From Octopus bimaculoides (Eukaryota), in contig NC_069002.1 of the NCBI RefSeq assembly GCF_001194135.2, positions 28,571,136 through 28,635,135 on the forward strand: 64,000 nt of DNA. Direction: 5' to 3'. The translations under genes and the position numbers were made by a program. The notes beneath the pieces were generated by a model. It saw nothing but the letters and a program-made list of their open reading frames with translations, was not told the origin of the DNA and made no database searches. This document shows, piece by piece, positions 37,063-47,915 of the stretch (the stretch's first letter is position 1; each line of letters opens with the position of its first letter).

Positions 37063-37622
37063 GGATCTTTATTAAAACGGGGGCCACATTTTTCATTAAC
37101 GAAACACTTTGAAACTTGGAACACTGGTAGAATGTGTCATATAAAACATCTTTTTCTCTTAGTCTTCTTTAAAAAAAAAAGAAATCCCTAAGTTATTCCA
37201 TGTTAAAGTTGTCGTATTTCTGTAATTTCAACCAATCACTGACGTCCATTCAGCCGATATACATTAAGTGCCGACTACATAAACAAACGATTCTGAAACA
37301 ATTCTATCGGTGATAGGGTTAGGGTTAGGGTAAAACAGCAAATTTAAAAAGAAAAAAGCAAAACGAAGCTATGGAAATTAAATACGCTTTACACCGCTTA
37401 ATCAGCCAAAGGAGTAAATGTAAACAACTGAATACTTGTCAGTGATTGGTTGAAATTATCGAAATAAGACAATTTTTTACATGAAATAAATTCGAATACA
37501 AAAATATTTTTCTGTTCTATAACACAAAATAGATAAGTATACGAAGTTTGAAAGTCTTTCAGTACCAAAAACACTACATAAAACATTAATGAAAAATGTG
37601 GCCCCCGTTTTAAAAAAGATCC
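37063..37622. mobile_element. 560-bp MITE with 37-bp TIRs, 8-bp TSD (GAGACAAA), internal inverted repeats and a central TTAGGG tract
   Basis: Left TIR ggatctttattaaaacgggggccacatttttcattaa versus right TIR reverse complement ggatcttttttaaaacgggggccacatttttcattaa (1 mismatch). gagacaaa lies at 37055-37062 and 37623-37630. Inner inverted repeat aatttcaaccaatcactgac / gtcagtgattggttgaaatt. Confidence 0.9.
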
Positions 37623-40020
37623 GAGACAAATGCTATGCTTTAAAATACAAGCTACCTCGTTACTGAAATATAAACGACAAATTGACAAAGTCGCTAAGAC
37701 GTTGAATTATAATGCTTGCTACTTTTCTCTCTGTTGTATAGTGAAACTGTACACCCCTCCTATGTACAAAGCAGTAGTAGCCAGCCATTATAAATAGTCG
37801 GTCGACAGGAGAAGGTCAGAAGGTCGAGAGTAGGTGTAGACTGTGTTGATAGTCGTGTCTGTGCTGATATAGTAATCATACTGTGCTACTGAGTGGACGT
37901 TATGACGCTCCAACCTTTTGAGGATAAAAACACCGTACGACTGGGGTGGGGGGTGCAGTGCCAGAGAGAAACATTCTATAAACGACTTCGAAAGATAATA
38001 ATATGTCAGAGCGACAACCGTCGTCAAAAGACAGGTACAAAAGCGGTAAAAGACCGCTTTACAACACTCTCCAACTCTCCACGCCCAGAAATCAAATCTC
38101 AATGAAGTCGGTCTTACCCCTTTCGTTCTTTCCGAGTTGATAAATAAAGTACCACTCCAGTATTGGGTCGATTCATATCTACTCCGCGTTCTTTTTTACT
38201 TCCACCTCTACCTCCGCACCCCCTCTACTTTTATACCTTCCACTTTTGCATTCTTTTTTCGTCTTCTCATCCTCCTGTTTAGAAGAAATCAGCTATATAC
38301 AGACTTGGAGAGAGATAGGACCCGCTTTCCGATAGTCTGAAATGCTCAAGACATGGCATATATAATGACACCAAACCAGTTGAAAATCTAAGAAGGAAAA
38401 GAGGGTGAAACGACAATGTATTATCAGGTACTGCAACAGGAACAGAGGAGTTACATATTCTCCGAAGTATGTGTGTGCATGTATACTTATATATATATAT
38501 ATATATATAAACATAATTAAGGGATCAGCAAGCATTTGCTTCACCACATACCGAAGTTCAGAAATAGCAGCTAAAAAAGCTGAAACTCCAACAGAATGCT
38601 ATTTGTTGGNNNNNNNNNNNNNNNNNNNNNNNNNNNNNNNNNNNNNNNNNNNNNNNNNNNNNNNNNNNNNNNNNNNNNNNNNNNNNNNNNNNNNNNNNNN
38701 NNNNNNNNNNNNNNNNNNNNNNNNNNNNNNNNNNNNNNNNNNNNNNNNNNNNNNNNNNNNNNNNNNNNNNNNNNNNNNNNNNNNNNNNNNNNNNNNNNNN
38801 NNNNNNNNNNNNNNNNNNNNNNNNNNNNNNNNNNNNNNNNNNNNNNNNNNNNNNNNNNNNNNNNNNNNNNNNNNNNNNNNNNNNNNNNNNNNNNNNNNNN
38901 NNNNNNNNNNNNNNNNNNNNNNNNNNNNNNNNNNNNNNNNNNNNNNNNNNNNNNNNNNNNNNNNNNNNNNNNNNNNNNNNNNNNNNNNNNNNNNNNNNNN
39001 NNNNNNNNNNNNNNNNNNNNNNNNNNNNNNNNNNNNNNNNNNNNNNNNNNNNNNNNNNNNNNNNNNNNNNNNNNNNNNNNNNNNNNNNNNNNNNNNNNNN
39101 NNNNNNNNNNNNNNNNNNNNNNNNNNNNNNNNNNNNNNNNNNNNNNNNNNNNNNNNNNNNNNNNNNNNNNNNNNNNNNNNNNNNNNNNNNNNNNNNNNNN
39201 NNNNNNNNNNNNNNNNNNNNNNNNNNNNNNNNNNNNNNNNNNNNNNNNNNNNNNNNNNNNNNNNNNNNNNNNNNNNNNNNNNNNNNNNNNNNNNNNNNNN
39301 NNNNNNNNNNATATAAATATATATATATCACATTTTATTTGTGGGTTAACAAGGCAACCAATAGGTTTATATGAAGAGATTTTTCACAATTGTTTAAGCA
39401 TATCACATGGAAATGATTTCACTGGTCTCCATTTGGAATGAGACATATGCATCAGTTTATTTTTATTGAAACTGAAGCTAAGAGTGTTTCGGGACTAAAG
39501 TTTCACACGATTGGCAAGACTGCGACATGAAGCTAGAAATGCAACACCAAATCACAGCTACACTTTCAGTAAAAGACAAACGAAACATATCCTCTCAACA
39601 TGTATTGAGCATTCCTTTCTGATACGTTCGACAGAAAGCAACATACACACACGTGTGTGGGTAATATATAAGGTCCCATTCTATTTTGGTGGTTGACTTT
39701 AGAAAATTGGTCCCTGATACTGCCATCTCAAGCAGACGAAGTGTCTAGTACTGAAGAGAGGCAGAAATAGCCCGAAGCGAGGTTGGTCTGCTGCTCACGC
39801 CACTAGAAGGCGGTAGGGGTTCGCTCCCCTGTTTGCAATACATCGGATGCAGCTGTGTATCGTTATTCAGCTAGTGGAGGTGTCATCTTGGGGTTAAAAA
39901 TTCGCAGTAAAGTCCGTTCGAACAGAACAGCCATATTGAAATGGCTATGAACATTACTTGCTTATACAACTGCTGCGCTCATCTCTTAGATTTTAGAACT
40001 AGCTTTTTTGCTTATATACT

Positions 40021-40243
40021 CTTTACTATTTTACTTGTTTCAGTCATTTGACTGTGGCCATGCTGGAGCACCGCCTTTAGTCGAGCAAATTGACTCCAGG
40101 ACTTATTCTTTGGATGCCTAGTACTTATTCTATCGGCCTCTTTTGCCGAACCGCTAAGTTACGGGGACGTAAACACACCAGCATCGGTTGTCAAGCGATG
40201 TTGGGGGGGGGGGACAAACACAGACACACAAACATATACACAC

Positions 40244-40286
<43 letters not shown>

Positions 40287-40453
40287 CATACGACAGGCTT
40301 CTTTCAGTTTCCGTCTACCAAATCCACTCACAAGGCTTTGGTCGGCCCGAGGCTATAGTAGAAGAGACTAGCCCAAGGTGCCACGCAGTGGGACTGAACC
40401 CAGAACCATGTGGTTGGTAAGCAAGCTACTTACCACACAGCCACTCCTGCGCC
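40021..40453 (-). mobile_element. SINE family A, best-preserved full-length copy
   Basis: Reverse complement: ggcgcaggagtggctgtgtggtaagtagcttgcttaccaaccacatggttctgggttcagtcccactgcgtggcaccttgggc...(TA)n...aaaggcggtgctccagcatggccacagtcaaatgactgaaacaagtaaaatagtaaag. Confidence 0.93.
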
Positions 40454-43099
40454 TATATATAATACACTATAAAGTGTCTCAAGACTATTCCTAAATCTTT
40501 GGAATATTTCTGCCTTCTCTGTTGAGCCTTTTTCAGAAAGAAAAAAACAAATATAATAACCTAATATCCATTATTTTTTACATTCGAAACCAATACCTTT
40601 CAATGTTTCATTTTCTTTTTTCAAAATTCTCATTGCATATTCTCTCTCGAAGTAAAGGAGAGAGAGTTAAAATGCTATAAAAATGGTGATGGAGTGCTTC
40701 AACAATTGTTAGCTCTCAATGGAAATCGTAGGAAATTAACTTAGAGCAATAAAGACTTGGTGATATTAATAACCTATTACTTGTTAGAATCGCTATTCCC
40801 TCATGTACACCCCCTCTGCACTATCGTACGAGGAATATTTCTGGACGTTGGTTAAATTCATTCAGTATTATTGACGTCAGGAAGTGAATAGCTTCTACAT
40901 TATAATGTTTAATGCATAGATACTTTAGCTGTTATATTGAAAGATTTTTATTTGTATGCATATATTAAGATTCCATATACGAGTAGGTGTTTCAATGAGC
41001 ACATACATTGCTCTTATACATACATACATATATGTTTAGCACATTTTCAATGCTGTTATTTATAAACATTTTCTAGCATTATTTACTGTTTGACTATACA
41101 ATAGAAGCATCTTTATGCGTCAAAACAGCATATACTGTAGTCTTTGTTTTATTTTATGTTATTGAATATAGAACACAAATATTTTTATTGAATTATGTAC
41201 ATAAACTGACTGCAATAAATTTTACATCTGTTTAAAAAAAAATGTATTTAAACGAATTCGGCAATTTTGCATTGAGAGAGTAAAAAGTGTTTTGATCTCC
41301 AGGCTTAAGCTATTCACATCCATCTCTGTAATTAAAATTATTTGTAGTTTTCAACTAAGCCGACTGTGTTCGTTTCAGTTCATTAAAAATAATGATTTGG
41401 TTTAAATGACAAAACAGATTATTGTTTTCTTACTAAACAAAGCCATTATTATTATTATTGTTATTATTATTATTACTATTATTCATCGTCTGCTCCACCC
41501 TCCTGAACTTGCAGACGACTGTTGTGAATCTTTTAATATATACACTGTAAACAACTTATTTGGAAATCGCAGGAAATTAAATAACTGCAAACATACTTTT
41601 ATTTCATTTTATTTCATTTTTTTTCTTTCATTTCAAATTTTGCTTGATATAATTTTGGTCAATATACAACTTATGAAATAATGTTAAAAAATTTTTATTC
41701 GTCGTGAATCAAACAGTATTATTGATGATTACATGAAATATTTTTTCAAAAAATATCAATGTAAAATTGAAAAGCATATTTTCTAACAATTGAGACATTA
41801 GCTTTGCAACTGCAGCCGAGATGTAACTACGAAATGAACTTCCTATCAGATATACATATTTAATTTTCAAACATTTTTCTCGATATAAAATTCTTCCATT
41901 TTTTAAAAAAATTCACAATGGAAATTTATAAAAGAAATAAACCGAAATATCTCTTTCATCCAACGCCGTTGTCAGATATAACGTTGTAAATAAGTGAAGC
42001 CAGTTCCCCGATAACTAAAATTGGTTCCTTAGTCACTTTTCTAAAACGATACAGAGGAACAAAATTCATATTCAAATGTGTATTGATTATATTTAAACAG
42101 AGAAATGCAAAAAGATATTTGTCATGGCGTATACATGCGTACGGATATGTGGTATATATTTGTTGGCAATATCTTTGAAGGTAAATAATGATGATTTATT
42201 TTATTCTCTACAAGTGAAAAGTGCGCAATCGATCCACACGACCATATCTTACTAGTATTTAGTCAATCGCTTGCAAAGAGATGAAAAAAAGATATGAGAA
42301 TTCGCAAGATAGGTAACGCTTGCTAAAATATCCTGATCCTAACGCTAACATTTTAGTACAAATAGTAGAGAGCTTCGTAGGAAAAAGTAACTCTTGCTAA
42401 ATGACATTCAAGTCAGTGGTCTGAAGTCGGATAGATTATAAGTATGCAAGAAATGTTTAAGTACACAAATTCCTTCTATGAATAGTTATATGGCGGGGGA
42501 CGATAAAAAATATAGTAGGCATATTTAACAATTGCTAAATTCAGAAATGGAACCCCGGGTCACTATATCCTATGCAAACAAAAGCAACTCGAAAATACGA
42601 TCGCGATTCGCGAAAATATTACTAGCGTCGTGAAAAAAACCTGACCATTCAAGACAGTGTGGAGTCAAATCTAACAGCAGTTTCATCTTTGTTGCGCTTT
42701 TACTGGCCAAGACCGTCGCCATATATTCAGTGCATTTTAGACACTGCAAGAGATAACACGCAGACAGTAGACCGGACACAGAACACGACAGTCAGCGGAC
42801 AGTAACAGAACCAGTAAAAACCCCAACACAAAAACAATGGACAGCAGCGACTGCAGCTAACATGAAGATACCACGACAGTGACTGCTATGGTACCTAGTC
42901 CAAGAACAATAAGCTTCAAACTATCTCGGTGTTTGTCGGTCGTAGTAACTTTTCTTTTTTGTTTACGACAAAAATAGATATTTCTTTATCAAAAATTTGA
43001 AATAGATTTCTGAATTCTTTATCGTAACAAGACAAAAGCCACTCAAGGTTTGCAGTCGATATAACCAATTGTTCCCTCCTCTCAAATTTCTCCTTGTCG

Positions 43100-43937
43100 G
43101 CCTCAGCAAGCTGACAAAACCGTTTACACGCGCCAGGAAGAATGCTTAACGGGCTTTCATCCGTTTTTAGGTTCGAAGTTCAAATTCCGCCGAGGTCAGC
43201 TTTGCCTTTCATCCATTCGAGGATCGATAAAATAAGTACCAGTTGAGCACTGGGCTCGATGTAATCGTCTAGTCTCTTGCCCCAAAATTACAGCCCTTGT
43301 GGCAAAATTTGAAACAATTAAGACAGCGAGCTGATAGAATCGTTAACACGCTGGACGAAATGCTTAGCAGTATTTTGCCCGTTGCTCCATGAGTTCAAAT
43401 TCCGCGGAAGTCGACTTTGCCTTTCCTCCTTTCGGGGTCGATAGATTAAGTGTACCAGTGAAACACTGGTGTCGATGTGGTCGACTTACCTCCTCTCCCA
43501 AATTTTCAGGCCTTGCGCCTACAGTAGAAAGGATTATTTTCATTATTAAGGCGGCAAACTGGCTGGATCGTTAGGAAACCGAACAAAATGCTCAGCAGTA
43601 TTTCGTTCGTCTCTACGTTCTGAGTTCAAATTCCGCCGTGGTTGACTTCACTTTTCATTCTTTCGGGGTCAATAAAATAAGTACCAGTTGAACTCTGAGG
43701 ATTGATATAATCGACAAGTCCCCCTCCCCCAAAGTTTCAGGTCTTGTTCCTATAGTAGAAATGATTACTATTATTATTATTGTCAACCTTGCTCGTCAAT
43801 CTTTCAGGATTGTTATAATACAGTCCCTGTGAAATACTGAAAATTGCTAACCTTGGTGCACTGGGATCGATGTAATCGTCAACCCCCACCCCGCCCAATA
43901 ATTTCAGTTCTTGTACCTAGAGTAGTAAAAATGATTA
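43100..43937 (+). mobile_element. Head-to-tail array of SINE family B (three near-complete copies plus a 3' fragment)
   Basis: Successive heads follow tails: ...aattaagacagcgagctgatagaa (43320) and ...ttattaaggcggcaaactggc (43546). Each copy ends in gtagaaa.gatta(tta)n. Confidence 0.88.
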
Positions 43938-45143
43938 TTACCTCCGCTTTGGTGAAGGCAGAGGTGTTGTTTTCAGTCATGGTTGGTTGGTTGTTTGTTC
44001 GTCCGTGGACAAGATATCTCAAGAACCACTGGATGGATTCGGATGAAACTTTCAGAGATGTTTGGCCTCATGACTGGCACGAAGCGATTAGGTTTTGGGA
44101 TCTATCCGGTACCGGACAAGGATTCTGGATTATTTTTCCTGTTTATTACTTAATTTTTGAGAGCGGTCAGGTTCATTTTTAGTATTCTTGTTTGTGAGAG
44201 CAGTCGAGTTTATTTCAGATATTCTCATTTTAAAAATCATCTCCGGCTAATCACTGAGTGGACACTGGTGTTGCAGAGTAGCAACTTGTTCGAGTCTCGT
44301 CATTTTTGACCGCGGTTGGATTGTTGAAGGCTTTCTCTTTGAGACTGTCCGTTGATGGAATTGTTTTTATTACCGTTGAGAATTATTNNNNNNNNNNNNN
44401 NNNNNNNNNNNNNNNNNNNNNNNNNNNNNNNNNNNNNNNNNNNNNNNNNNNNNNNNNNNNNNNNNNNNNNNNNNNNNNNNNNNNNNNNNNNNNNNNNNNN
44501 NNNNNNNNNNNNNNNNNNNNNNNNNNNNNNNNNNNNNNNNNNNNNNNNNNNNNNNNNNNNNNNNNNNNNNNNNNNNNNNNNNNNNNNNNNNNNNNNNNNN
44601 NNNNNNNNNNNNNNNNNNNNNNNNNNNNNNNNNNNNNNNNNNNNNNNNNNNNNNNNNNNNNNNNNNNNNNNNNNNNNNNNNNNNNNNNNNNNNNNNNNNN
44701 NNNNNNNNNNNNNNNNNNNNNNNNNNNNNNNNNNNNNNNNNNNNNNNNNNNNNNNNNNNNNNNNNNNNNNNNNNNNNNNNNNNNNNNNNNNNNNNNNNNN
44801 NNNNNNNNNNNNNNNNNNNNNNNNNNNNNNNNNNNNNNNNNNNNNNNNNNNNNNNNNNNNNNNNNNNNNNNNNNNNNNNNNNNNNNNNNNNNNNNNNNNN
44901 NNNNNNNNNNNNNNNNNNNNNNNNNNNNNNNNNNNNNNNNNNNNNNNNNNNNNNNNNNNNNNNNNNNNNNNNNNNNNNNNNNNNNNNNNNNNNNNNNNNN
45001 NNNNNNNNNNNNNNNNNNNNNNNNNNNNNNNNNNNNNNNNNNNNNNNNNNNNNNNNNNNNNNNNNNNNNNNNNNNNNNNNNNNNNNNNNNNNNNNNNNNN
45101 NNNNNNNNNNNNNNNNNNNNNNNNNNNNNNNNNNNNNNNNNNN

Positions 45144-45804
45144 CTGATAGAGATTGCGGGAGAGGGTTCACTCAAAGTGGTTGTTGAGGATCGTCGATCT
45201 AATTGTTACAAATGTGGAGTGGGAGGCCATATGGGAACGCTGTGCCCCGGCCGCAGGTCTCATCGGAGTGAGAGGGCTGTGGAGATGGACCAGGAAGTGG
45301 AGATTGGTATGTAGATCGGAGTAGTGAAGGGCGGAGATGGTAAGAGCGGTGTGAGGTGCGTCAGAGATACGGTGGTGGTGGGGACGGGGGAAGACGAAGC
45401 GAGGGCGCGTGGGGAGGGGAGTGACGGGTTTGTCGACCCCAAAGGGAGGAGGGCGAAGGCGGGGGAGCACTCGCCGGGACCGTCAGCAGAAGCGTAGAGG
45501 ACGCCCAGGAGGGGCGGGAAGCCTCCTAAACTCGGGCATGCGCGTGCAGTGGAGGCGGAGCCAAGAGGGAATTTGGACATGGGATATTCTTGGTCTGCTA
45601 CGTGTGGAGGTGGAGGGGAGAGTGTCCAGGTGGAAGGGATTGTTAACGGTGGGGCTGCCCAGGGAGAGGTTCAGGAATGGTGAAAGATGTGTTCTGTTGA
45701 ATGACGAAGAGTGCGAAGTGTTCGTGGATTCATGTCGTGAGTTAGTGACTGTGATTGGCGGGCCGGTGTTGTATGGTGCCCTGCCCCACCGTGGTGGAAT
45801 ATGA
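45144..45804 (+). pseudogene. ORF1-like copy A (N-terminus in gap): CCHC knuckle, charged linker and C-terminal domain
   Basis: IEIAGEGSLKVVVEDRRSNCYKCGVGGHMGTLC (Cx2Cx4Hx4C at 45204-45245), linker GEGSDGFVDPK with two stops, then after a frameshift VEGRVSRWKG...LP.E.F..GERCVLLN...VT...PV..ALP. Confidence 0.75.
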
Positions 45805-45918
45805 AAAGTTGAGAAATTTTAGACAAAACATTTGATATGAACAATATATAAAAAATGAAGATGTGAGCTTTTTGTTTAAAAAAAAAAAAGAAAACATAGG
45901 AAAAAACTGTCCAAAATA

Positions 45919-46803
45919 ATGCCTGTCCCTCCAGTGAAATGGTCAAGGATAAGAGTGATAGGACGGTGGTGTACCGTACGCAAGCGGTTGCCACCAATAA
46001 AATTGAAATCCTAAAAGAAGACGATGTGGGAGGAATGTTTGGGACCCCTAATGAAAACGGTAACTTTCGTTAGCCGAGGAAAGAAATATGGTGAAGGTGA
46101 GATTTGCCACCAAAGAAGAAGCGGCCTCACATTCCACCACTATTTTATGCACTGAAAAGGTGACACTGCTGCCCACGTAGAGGGATAGGTGAAGTGTTCG
46201 CATTGGAAGGGTACCACCAGAAATAAAGCCAGAGTGGTTGGTAGAAGCTGTTATGGCTACCACCGAGGAGAATCTCGAATTAGGATCAGTGGGAAGAACG
46301 AGCATGTTAAACTGATGGGGAAGCGGCGTCGAGATTTGGGTTTTGCCACTTTCGAAGACATGGAAAGGATCCCCTACCAGATAGAGATTCCGGGAGAGAG
46401 AACCCTCAAAGTGATTGTTGAGGGACGCCGACCAAATTGTTACGAATGTGGAGTTAGAGGCCACATGAAGACTCAGTGCTCCAAGCACAAGCTTCCTGAG
46501 AGTGAGAAGGTTGTGGAGAGGGTCCAAGAAGAAGTGGAGATTGGAGAACCAATTGAAGCAATAAAAGACGGTGACGGCAAAAGCGATATGGAGTGCGCCA
46601 GGGGTGCAGAAGAGGTGGAGCCGAAGAAATACAGAACGAAAGCGGCAAAGGAGGGGAGTGACGGTTTTGTCAGCCCTAAAAGGAGGAAAAAGGCGAAATC
46701 AAGAGAACACTCGGAAAGACCAGCAGCAGAACCAGATAGGACGCCCAAAGAAGGTAGGGAGCCACCCTTATTCAAGCATATGCAGACAATAAAGACGGAA
46801 CCA

Positions 46804-46838
<35 letters not shown>

Positions 46839-47192
46839 AAGAGAAAGAGAGTGAAAGATAGAAAATGGAAGAGAATTGTGGAAGAGAATGGACAGCACTG
46901 TTTTAGAAATGTGGAATTCGTAGTCTGCTACCAAAAGAATGTAGATGTGGAAAGGAGAATTTCCAAGTGGAAGGGATCAGCATGGGTAAAGCTGCCCTGG
47001 GAAAATTTCAAGGAGGAGGAAAGGTGTGTACTGTTGAATATCGATAGATATGCGTTCAGAAAATCATATACAAGGTATGTAACTTCATTTGACGAGCCGG
47101 TGTGGTTTGATGCCCTACCATCCGTAATAGAACATAAAGAGTTGAAAAACTTAAAAAAAAATATGAATATAAAAAAAGATGTGAACATTTAA
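45919..47192 (+). pseudogene. ORF1-like copy B: RRM-like region, CCHC knuckle, linker, (GA)n expansion and C-terminal domain
   Basis: VKVRFATKEEA...SVRIGRVPPEIKPEWLVEAV...IPYQIEIPGERTLKVIVEGRRPNCYECGVRGHMKTQC (46438-46479), EGSDGFVSPKRRKK, and VERRISKWKG...LPWENFKEEERCVLLN. Several stops and frameshifts are present. Confidence 0.8.
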
Positions 47193-47314
47193 ATTATAAA
47201 AAAAAAGAAAAAGGAGGAATAAACTGTCCAAAATAATGTCTAAATGCAACTACTCGACTTCGTGGGTCGAGTGGGCATTGCGCCTCATTTTATCATTTTC
47301 ATATTTTTATTCGT

Positions 47315-47528
47315 TAAAGTGGCGAGTTGGCAGAAACGTTAGCACGCCGGGCGAAATGCTTAGCGGTATTTCGTCTGTCTTTACGTTCTTAGTTCAAATT
47401 CTGTCGAAGTCGACTTTGCCTTTCATCCTTTCGAAGTCGATAAATTAAGTACCAGTTGCGTACTGGGGTTGATCTAATAGACTGGCCACCTCCCAAAATT
47501 TCGGGCCTTGTGCCTAGAGTAGAAAAGA
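47315..47528 (+). mobile_element. SINE family B inserted in the 3' UTR of the ORF1-only element
   Basis: aaagtggcgagttggcagaaacgttagcacgccgggcgaaatgcttagcggtatttcg...gtcgactttgcctttcatcctttcgaagtcgataaattaagtaccag...ccttgtgcctagagtagaaaaga. Confidence 0.92.
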
Positions 47529-47721
47529 TTTTCATTCGTTCTTTTTATTTTTTCTTCCTGACTCGATTTCTTTCTGTATTTTTATTTCCCCGATTATGTT
47601 TCGTATTGCTTTGTAATGTATAACCTGTTTTCAGCCCCTTGTGGGTAATAAAAAATTAAGAACGTTGGTGTTGCCTTGGCAGAGGTTTGCGCTCTGCCAG
47701 TGCTCTTGTTAGTATTATTAT

Positions 47722-47915
47722 TAAGGCGGCGAACTGGCAGTACCGTGAGCGCTCCAGACAAAATGCCTAGCAGCATTTCTTCCGGCTCTTTACATTTTCT
47801 GTTCAAATCCCACCGAGGTCAACTTTGCGGTTCATCTTTTAGGCTCGATAAAATACAGTAACAGTCAACGTTATCGATTTGCATTCCCCTCAAAATTGCT
47901 GGCTCTGTGCCAAAA
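47722..47915 (+). mobile_element. SINE family B directly after the HINE 3' end
   Basis: ttattattaaggcggcgaactggcag...gttcaaatcccaccgaggtcaactttgc...aaaattgctggctctgtgccaaaa. Confidence 0.85.

Larger units (their letters stand above)
44275..47665 (+). mobile_element. Tx1/L1-like non-autonomous retroelement carrying two ORF1-like genes, flanked by a 9-bp TSD (tggtgttgc)
   Basis: tggtgttgc at 44266-44274 and 47666-47674 interrupts the HINE. The 3' end reads ccccttgtgggtAATAAAaaattaa. The interior has two CCHC-knuckle ORFs and no RT/EN in the sequenced part; 756 bp are hidden in the gap. Confidence 0.6.
43938..47712 (+). mobile_element. HINE/DINE-1-like non-autonomous Helentron, split by a 3.4-kb insertion
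   Basis: 5' end ttACCTCCGC with local inverted partner GCAGAGGT, a (GGTT/GTTT)n microsatellite and the typical gatatctcaagaaccactggatggattcggatgaaactt block. 3' end ccttGGCAGAGGT, hairpin gcgct-ctgcc-agtgc, then tcttgtt. Flanks are T-rich. Confidence 0.75.

Noticed and set aside
37314-37331. True telomere or chromosome-fusion scar
   Set aside because: Only 2-3 TTAGGG units, lying inside a TSD-flanked MITE.
39745-39790. Hammerhead-like ctgaaga-gaggc..gccc-gaag
   Set aside because: GAAA is replaced by GAAG, and neither stem III/cleavage triplet nor stem I can be formed.
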